Position numbers and translations under genes: made by a program. 28,281 nt of DNA from a virus (Duplodnaviria > Caudoviricetes): IMG/VR virus record IMGVR_UViG_3300027759_000342, positions 1 to 28,281 of that record; one strand, written 5' to 3'. Shown piece after piece: positions 13,825-20,042 of this stretch. Under the pieces are notes generated by a model. That model searched no databases. It saw only the letters and a list, made by a program, of their open reading frames with translations, and was not told where the DNA came from. How positions within the stretch are numbered: the first letter of the stretch is position 1; each line of letters begins with the position of its first letter.

Positions 13825-13948
13825 TCAGTGTGTTGAACGGTAATAGCGCAAACCGTCATAAGGGCAAACAATCCAGCGTTTGATTGATCCGTCAGGCTTT
13901 GTCTGACAATTCGTCAAAGGTGTAGATTGTGGTTTCTATTGTCCGCAT
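13825..13948 (-). pseudogene. Truncated or fused gene remnant: MRTIETTIYTFDELSDKA* followed in the +1 frame by KPDGSIKRWIVCPYDGLRYYRSTH*
   Basis: Good RBS (AAGGGG) and a familiar phage N-terminus, but a stop after 18 codons (TGA at 13892-13894). Confidence 0.5.
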
Positions 13949-13959
13949 GATGTACCCCT

Positions 13960-14292
13960 TTAAAAAACAGCGTAAACAAAACCATCGGCGGTTTCGCCAA
14001 CTAATGAGGTGTGATCGTTCAAGTAATCCCGAACGATTTCTTTGCATTGATCTTCATAATCATCATCTTCAGGATTCGCATCATTGAGGTCAATGGAGTA
14101 ATTCCTGGCAATTCCTGACACTGATTCTTCGCAGTACTCGCAGCAAATAGCGATTACATCCAGCACCATATCGCTGTCGATTTCTTCAAAATAATCAAAA
14201 AGAACCTCGTACCCTTGGCAGCTAAAGTTGTCCCGGTTATATGCAATAAATTGATTGCGAAATTCTGAGGCGTTATCGATTGAGATTTTCAT
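13960..14292 (-). CDS. Acidic early hypothetical protein (R.DNFS…LFDYFEE…LDVIAICCEY.E)
   Basis: 110 aa from ATG 14292. The motif pattern is familiar from phage early regions. Confidence 0.8.
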   Translation of the reverse strand: MKISIDNASEFRNQFIAYNRDNFSCQGYEVLFDYFEEIDSDMVLDVIAICCEYCEESVSGIARNYSIDLNDANPEDDDYEDQCKEIVRDYLNDHTSLVGETADGFVYAVF

Positions 14293-14308
14293 GATGTTTT
14301 CTTTCGGT

Positions 14309-14404
14309 TTAGTAAGTGAGGATGTCAAAGTAAGCCAGTGCAAAACCAGCAAAGATCAAGCCAAGAACAATGGCAAAAACAATGTCTGTAATGGTTTCTT
14401 TCAT
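14309..14404 (-). CDS. 31-aa single-TM peptide (MKETITDIVFAIVLGLIFAGFALAYFDILTY)
   Basis: Read by hand. GGAG RBS, one TM helix. Confidence 0.7.
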   Translation of the reverse strand: MKETITDIVFAIVLGLIFAGFALAYFDILTY

Positions 14405-14406
14405 GA

Positions 14407-14685
14407 TTAATCTCCAAGTTTGTGAGCGTCACGGGAGGGGATGAATTCGGTTGCTTTGCGGTCTGATGCTTCGGCATGAATAGCATCTTCAATAGCGTCT
14501 GTGATGTCTGTCAGATCATCATCTGTGAGCAATTCAAGAACGCTAACCCCGTCAAGCATTGCATCATTTAATTGGGTTTTGTAGATGCCTTCATCATCTG
14601 CCCAAGCACAAGCCTCAACCCACAAATGAGCACGTCTTATCTGATGCTCAAACTCGATCTTGATATCTGGTGTTGTGTATCTCAT
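14407..14685 (-). CDS. Acidic early hypothetical protein
   Basis: 92 aa, GAGGG RBS, first gene after the leftward promoter. Confidence 0.75.
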   Translation of the reverse strand: MRYTTPDIKIEFEHQIRRAHLWVEACAWADDEGIYKTQLNDAMLDGVSVLELLTDDDLTDITDAIEDAIHAEASDRKATEFIPSRDAHKLGD

Positions 14686-14719
14686 GATGACCCTCTATAG
14701 GTTGGTTGGTGATGTGTCT

Positions 14720-14799
14720 ATTGTGAGTGATTTTATGCGATTGTGTACTAGGGAAAACCCTATGTTTGGTATCTTTAAACCCTAATAGGGAATACCCTA
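14720..14799 (-). promoter_or_regulatory. Leftward promoter (-10 CACAAT) with two TAGGG-N4-CCCTA palindromes (14749-14762, 14786-14799)
   Basis: Both palindromes have perfect arms. The -10 lies 30.5 bp from the centre of the first. Confidence 0.65.
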
Positions 14800-14832
14800 A
14801 GTCAATCAAGTTAAATCAAGTTATAGGTGCAT

Positions 14833-14852
14833 TGTGGATAACTTGTGGACAA
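14833..14852 (-). promoter_or_regulatory. Two tandem DnaA-box-like 9-mers (TTATCCACA perfect; TTGTCCACA one mismatch)
   Basis: TGTGGATAA at 14833 and TGTGGACAA at 14844, 11 bp apart, in non-coding DNA. Confidence 0.55.
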
Positions 14853-15396
14853 CTTAGGGGTGTTTGACTAGGTGGAATTTTGGTCAAAAGGGAGGCAAAA
14901 AAGAAAAGAAAAAAGAAACCCCGTTTCGGTCTATGCCTTACTACATAAGGGCTAGAGAGACACTGACACTCTCATTAGGCTTTCCATAGCCTGACCTGAC
15001 TAGACATTGGTAAACACTAGAAAACTCATAAGACATCGGGCACCTACCCACAGATAAAAGCATAGCCTCTACAGAGCGAGAACAGAGCATAGGAGCTACT
15101 ACCCCCCTAGGAATGTCTAGACCCCCCTAGAATCGCGTTTAAATGCGTTTGTATCCCCATGGAAATGAGAGGGGGTAGGGCTGGATTGGGTGGAAAAGGA
15201 GGGGGCCCGGTAGCTCGTTCCCAAAATTTCTACAAAAACTTTTTACCCCTATCACAATCCCGAACTGAGAATTAAACTCTTGTATTACTTCTCTGGAAGA
15301 AAAACCCTGTAAATGAGGAAAAGTGCCAGATTTCTCGGGTTTATACAAAGCTTTGACCAACAGAAAAGTAATACTTGGAATCCTGTATAAAATTTT

Positions 15397-15425
15397 TTGT
15401 CCAAAACTTTTCAGGTTGATAGAAT
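15397..15425 (+). promoter_or_regulatory. Sigma70 promoter TTGTCC-17-TAGAAT (TGn) upstream of the packaging/structural operon
   Basis: Exact 17-bp spacer, extended -10 and AT-rich upstream element. Confidence 0.65.
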
Positions 15426-15451
15426 GCGGCCATCGTATTGAAAGGCAATGT

Positions 15452-16021
15452 ATGGAACGTGAATGGCAACTTGCTCATCCGCTGCATGATGTTGATGACA
15501 TTGTGGAGATGGCTGATAGTGTGTTTGGTAAGGAGGCTGATGGAATACTTACGAGAGACAGGAATGTGTTCCGTAAGAATGTGACCATCACTGCTACTAC
15601 CCAACTGTTTGACAAGGGTAGAGAGTTCTTAGCTGTTTGCCGGACTAAGCCTGAACACAAGAAGATTGTGGTTGATGGATTCCTTGACCATGAACTGATT
15701 GAATCTAAGCTGCTGGGATACTGCTGGTTTGACCGTGGTGGGTATACGACCTATGCTAATGAGGAGATCTCAAATGCCAAGTTCCACCATTTGGACTTAT
15801 CTCTTCCTGCTAGACAACGTGTTAAATTAATCCATGAGATGATTGACCAACATATCTTGTGGGCAAGTACTTGGGGTATTCCTGTTATTTGTTCAACAAG
15901 TATCCGTAGTGAGCATGATGGGTTTATGAAAATCCATAAGAAACGTGGATTTACAGTAAACGGTTCATATGCTTGGATCAGAACTGAGAATGGTTTAAAG
16001 GGTTTACATGAAAAAGCCTAA
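15452..16021 (+). CDS. Putative GNAT-fold acyltransferase
   Basis: Topology-like pattern DVDDIVEM…FLAV…LLGYCW…WA…GIPVICSTS…FMKIHKKRGF. The canonical Q/RxxGxG motif is not evident. Start moved to 15452. Confidence 0.5.
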   Translation: MEREWQLAHPLHDVDDIVEMADSVFGKEADGILTRDRNVFRKNVTITATTQLFDKGREFLAVCRTKPEHKKIVVDGFLDHELIESKLLGYCWFDRGGYTTYANEEISNAKFHHLDLSLPARQRVKLIHEMIDQHILWASTWGIPVICSTSIRSEHDGFMKIHKKRGFTVNGSYAWIRTENGLKGLHEKA

Positions 16022-16493
16022 AGACGCTGATTTGCTTTTTGGTGAAATAAGGCCGGAAGGTAGCTTGGTTACTTCTCCTGAAGAACTGGAAAAGAAGAAG
16101 CACTTCATGAAAATGAAGCGGCTTGAGAAAAGGGCTATGGGTTTGGCTACTGGTGAGAAGTTTCCTAAAGAGGAAAAGAAGCCTATCGGTCGACAGAAGT
16201 CTATTGTCAATCGGGTTACTGAATACGGTGCTTTGTTCAACAAGCTCAACGAAGAGAGACTGGCTAAGGGTCTGCCTCCTTTGAAGACAGCAATGGAGGT
16301 ACTGATTGATGCCATGCAATCTGAAGAAATTGATATCAAGGATAAAGCCAGGATTGCTGACAAGCTGGCTCCGTTTGAATCATCTCGTGCCCCCATTATT
16401 TCAATTGAGCATGTGAATAACGTGAACAAAGAGGAAGAGGTGTCTGCTGATGATGCCCTTGATGATTTCTTGACGGCCCTACGTAAAGTTTGA
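16008..16493 (+). CDS. Putative terminase small subunit
   Basis: Basic N-terminus with IGRQK, helical LIDAMQ…KARIADKLAPF and position upstream of TerL. Positional inference. Confidence 0.5.
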   Translation: MKKPKDADLLFGEIRPEGSLVTSPEELEKKKHFMKMKRLEKRAMGLATGEKFPKEEKKPIGRQKSIVNRVTEYGALFNKLNEERLAKGLPPLKTAMEVLIDAMQSEEIDIKDKARIADKLAPFESSRAPIISIEHVNNVNKEEEVSADDALDDFLTALRKV

Positions 16494-16500
16494 CATTAGA

Positions 16501-16529
16501 TTGACAATAAAAAAGGTCTGTTGCATAAT
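16501..16529 (+). promoter_or_regulatory. Sigma70 promoter TTGACA-17-CATAAT, predicted +1 at the HNH ATG
   Basis: Consensus -35 and 17-bp spacer. ATG 16536 is 7 nt after the -10 and has no SD. Confidence 0.75.
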
Positions 16530-16535
16530 CTACTT

Positions 16536-17093
16536 ATGACAAGCAGACCTAGCAAAGACCTTACGGGGCAAGTTTTTGGCAGACTAACTGTTGATGGCTT
16601 TAGTCATATAAAAAAATATGACAGCGGAAGAACGCAAGCCATGTGGCATGTGACTTGTTCTTGCGGCACAAAAAAAATTGTGTACGGCAACAACATGCTT
16701 AACGGCAGTGTGAAGGGTTGTGGCTGTTTAAGAAAAGAAGGCTTAAACAAAAAGGAGCGTGGCGAAGCTAGTTTTAATTCCAAGTATGGGATGTACAAGA
16801 AAAGCGCAGAACGAAGGTCGTTTGAATTCCATTTAACAAAGGATCAGTTCAGATCTATTGTGGTGCAAAATTGCGCTTATTGCGGCAGCGCACCTTCTGG
16901 AGTTCACCATGCTACCCACTGCTATGGGTCGTTTGTTGGCAATGGGGTGGATAGAATTGATTCTTCAAAGGGATACACTGTGGATAACTGTGTGCCTTGC
17001 TGCAAAACTTGTAACCACATGAAGCTTGACCATTCAGTTGATCACTTCATCGACCACATTCAAAAGATATTGCAGCATTTGCGTAAAGTGTAA
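16536..17093 (+). CDS. HNH homing endonuclease (His-Cys/Zn type)
   Basis: DLTGQVFGRLTV…W.V.CSCG…GCGC N-terminal domain and CAYCG…GVDRIDSSKGYTVDNCVPCCKTCN. Confidence 0.9.
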   Translation: MTSRPSKDLTGQVFGRLTVDGFSHIKKYDSGRTQAMWHVTCSCGTKKIVYGNNMLNGSVKGCGCLRKEGLNKKERGEASFNSKYGMYKKSAERRSFEFHLTKDQFRSIVVQNCAYCGSAPSGVHHATHCYGSFVGNGVDRIDSSKGYTVDNCVPCCKTCNHMKLDHSVDHFIDHIQKILQHLRKV

Positions 17094-17122
17094 TAATCCC
17101 ATTACTTTCATGAAAGGTTAGT

Positions 17123-17389
17123 ATGTCTACCAACTTCCTGTACGCCCAAGCTCCTAACCGCAAGGGCAATATGTCCAAGCAGCCTCCATCCAAATCAGGT
17201 GGTGCTACCAATGTGACCAACACCAAACACGGTGTATCGGGGCCTACTGGTCAACAAGGCGCTCCTAAGGCTGGTGGTGACATTACTGGTCGCCATCAAA
17301 AGGTTCAAGTCAGCACCCATGCTGATTACTGTGGAACCATCAAGAACGATGGTTACATGAACAAATCTGTCAAAAACTACTTGGGGTAA
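17123..17389 (+). CDS. Gly-rich basic hypothetical protein
   Basis: 88 aa, GAAAGG RBS. Confidence 0.75.
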   Translation: MSTNFLYAQAPNRKGNMSKQPPSKSGGATNVTNTKHGVSGPTGQQGAPKAGGDITGRHQKVQVSTHADYCGTIKNDGYMNKSVKNYLG

Positions 17390-17392
17390 ATC

Positions 17393-17623
17393 ATGTCCTA
17401 CGGAAAAGTAATCTCTGGTGGCGCTCGGATGACCAACGGTCTGACCAAGAACATCAACGGCAAGCTCAAAAGCTTTGAAGAAGGCCATAAGCGTAGTCAG
17501 ACTCTGGCTACTGCTGTTGGCAAAGCCTTTAACCAAAACCCTCTTTCTGATAACCACCTGAATAACATCAACGTGGCAGCAGCGAAGAAGTTTACTGTCC
17601 CTAAACTCCCAACCAACGTATAA
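17393..17623 (+). CDS. Small basic hypothetical protein
   Basis: 76 aa within the operon. Confidence 0.75.
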   Translation: MSYGKVISGGARMTNGLTKNINGKLKSFEEGHKRSQTLATAVGKAFNQNPLSDNHLNNINVAAAKKFTVPKLPTNV

Positions 17624-17631
17624 GGTAATGT

Positions 17632-18273
17632 ATGGCAACGTATGACATTGAAGCACTGAAAGAAGACCTCCCAACCGCCAAAGACCTTGCTCAGTTTGTT
17701 TATGACAAAGTGGGCATCTCTTTGGACTTGGTAGGCAAGCCAAAAGAAGAGCAGTATCTGGTTGCTCGTAACGCTCTTGAGGGCAAGAAGATCCCTGCTG
17801 ATTTTCAGACGGATCTCAACCCCTACATTGATCGCAAAGAGTTGATCCCTGTTGACGAGAAAATGCAATTGCCTCCTCGTCCAGCAGATCTGCCTGACCC
17901 TGGTTCGCAGGTCCATTTCTTTGGTGCAACAAACATGCCTCACCCGACAGACCCTCAGTCTGACAGGAAGGTGCAAATCAACTTCCGCAAGTACGACAAT
18001 GGCGTGATCACGTTCCAAGTAACTGGCCCTATTGAGCAAGTTGCTGTTGGCGAACGTATCAACAAGTTTGGTCAGAAGCAGCCCGAGAAGTTTTCTTGGA
18101 TTGATCCTCGTACAGAAGAAATCTTGTTGCGCCGACCTGATGGCACATTCACTGAAAAGGGTCGTGGCTTGTATGCGTTCTGTGTTGGCGAAAAAGGTGG
18201 TGGCATCTGGACTTTGATTGACCGCAACGTAATGAACATCGCTGAGAAGAACGTCACTAACCCGTGGGCGTGA
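17632..18273 (+). CDS. Hypothetical protein in the packaging region
   Basis: 213 aa, TAAGGT RBS. Confidence 0.8.
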   Translation: MATYDIEALKEDLPTAKDLAQFVYDKVGISLDLVGKPKEEQYLVARNALEGKKIPADFQTDLNPYIDRKELIPVDEKMQLPPRPADLPDPGSQVHFFGATNMPHPTDPQSDRKVQINFRKYDNGVITFQVTGPIEQVAVGERINKFGQKQPEKFSWIDPRTEEILLRRPDGTFTEKGRGLYAFCVGEKGGGIWTLIDRNVMNIAEKNVTNPWA

Positions 18274-18461
18274 TGGACGATCACAGCACAACCTTTCGGC
18301 TAAAGCTGTCTTCTCAAGCAGAGACATGCGCTAGGAAAACTCTTGAGTGGCTACAAAAGGATCTTCAAGGAGATCGTGAACTAGCCCCTCAGGACGTTTA
18401 CTACCTTGCGTCTGCTGCTGACCTGTTGCTGACCATGCGTGACGTGTATGGCAAAAAGTGA
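18273..18461 (+). CDS. Small helical hypothetical protein
   Basis: TGATG coupling upstream, overlaps the TerL start. Confidence 0.65.
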   Translation: MDDHSTTFRLKLSSQAETCARKTLEWLQKDLQGDRELAPQDVYYLASAADLLLTMRDVYGKK

Positions 18462-20040
18462 AGCCAGTGACTACATCCTCCCGGTTTACAAAGATCGGGC
18501 TTTAAAGCATTTGATTAAGTTGGCTGGTGGTAAGGCTGCTATTAAGCACCTTGATGCTGACCAACTTAAAAAGATGAAGGATGCTAGGGATGTCATCGCC
18601 AAGGACATGCAGTACAACACCTTAAAGTGGTTCAGACCTTTTAAGTATCAGTCTGCATTCTTTGAGACAGGAGCAACCCACACCCGTAGAGGAATGATTG
18701 CAGCTAACCGTGCTGGCAAAACAGTCGCCTCTACTTACGAGACTGCCTATCACTTGACGGGCAGGTATCCAAAGAATTGGAAAGGCAAGAGATGGGACAA
18801 ACCCATCATTGCCATGTGTTCTGGTGAATCCTGGGAACAGGTAGCTAAGACACTGCAAAGCAAACTGCTTGGATGCGATGACATCAAGCAATCGTACAAA
18901 TTAGGCACAGGCTCTATCCCGCTTGAGTGTATTGACGAGAAGTCATACCGAACAGACGGGGCTAACGTCCTGTCTATTGAAGTTTGGCATATCTCTGGTG
19001 GCAAATCAAAACTCTACTTCTCCAACTACACACAGCAAGTGCGTCATCTGCAAGGTTTTGAACTTGACCTTGTTGTCTTGGACGAACAACCACCAGACGA
19101 AATCTTCTCGGAACTTGTTGTCCGTACTGCACAACGGAACGGGCAGGTACTGTGTTCATTTACCCCACTCAAGGGTATGTCAGGACTTGTTCGTAAGTTC
19201 TGGGACAAGATAGATGGCTACACCCATGTCCGAGTAACTTGGGACGACATCCCTTTTGAAAACGAATGGGATGAAAAGTTCTTTAGCCAAGAAGAACGTG
19301 ATCAACTGTCCCGAGACTTTATGCCTTGGGAGCGTGATTGCCGGATGAAAGGTATTCCGCTTGTTGGTCAAGGCGTGGTATTCCCATTGCTTGATTGGCC
19401 TACCTACAAGGGTATTGATTTTGACCTGAAGAACAATGAGAAGCTTGAGCGATTGATTTCCTTTGACTTGGGTATCAAAAATGATCCAACGGTTATCAGC
19501 TTCTTTTTCCGAGATCCAGTGGAAGAGGTTATTTACCTGCACCGCCAGATTAAGGTTGCTCAAGGTGAGACACCAGACGAATACGTCCATTATTTGATGG
19601 ACAGAGAAACCAAGGGTGTTCCGATTGCCCTACCCCATGATGCCACACAAGCAGGTCGATACACATTGACCGAACAATCAGTCCGTGAAGTGTTTGAAGA
19701 CAACTATGGCCTGAACTGTATTGCTGGTGCTATATTGAACCCCGTGAATGACCAAGGCAAGGTAACCAACCATAAGTCCTATGGAATCAATATAATGCGG
19801 CTAGGCATGGAACGTGGCACATTTAAGATAAATGAGTCTTGCGTAGGTTTTCTTGATGAAGCAAGGAACTATGCCATTGACGAAGCCGGACGATTTAGTG
19901 ATCCTGACGACCACATTGACTCTGCTCGGATTGGCATTTTGGCGTTGATTCAAGGTCACGGAGAATCTATGGTTAGCCGAGCGAACACATTCCAATACCG
20001 CAGACCAACCGCCATTGATGGCAAGGTGCAAAGGATCTAA
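18448..20040 (+). CDS. terL: Terminase large subunit (P22-like)
   Basis: Walker A AANRAGKT, Walker B LVVLDE, motif III FTPLKG, nuclease acidic residues SFDLG…DDHIDSAR. Confidence 0.95.
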   Translation: MAKSEASDYILPVYKDRALKHLIKLAGGKAAIKHLDADQLKKMKDARDVIAKDMQYNTLKWFRPFKYQSAFFETGATHTRRGMIAANRAGKTVASTYETAYHLTGRYPKNWKGKRWDKPIIAMCSGESWEQVAKTLQSKLLGCDDIKQSYKLGTGSIPLECIDEKSYRTDGANVLSIEVWHISGGKSKLYFSNYTQQVRHLQGFELDLVVLDEQPPDEIFSELVVRTAQRNGQVLCSFTPLKGMSGLVRKFWDKIDGYTHVRVTWDDIPFENEWDEKFFSQEERDQLSRDFMPWERDCRMKGIPLVGQGVVFPLLDWPTYKGIDFDLKNNEKLERLISFDLGIKNDPTVISFFFRDPVEEVIYLHRQIKVAQGETPDEYVHYLMDRETKGVPIALPHDATQAGRYTLTEQSVREVFEDNYGLNCIAGAILNPVNDQGKVTNHKSYGINIMRLGMERGTFKINESCVGFLDEARNYAIDEAGRFSDPDDHIDSARIGILALIQGHGESMVSRANTFQYRRPTAIDGKVQRI

Positions 20041-20042
20041 TC

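Noticed and set aside
15323-15451. N-terminal extension of the GNAT-like ORF
   Set aside because: It overlaps the sigma70 promoter at 15397-15425. ATG 15452 has an RBS.
16979-16987. Perfect DnaA box TGTGGATAA
   Set aside because: Single copy inside the conserved HNH motif (TVDN), so it is explained by coding.
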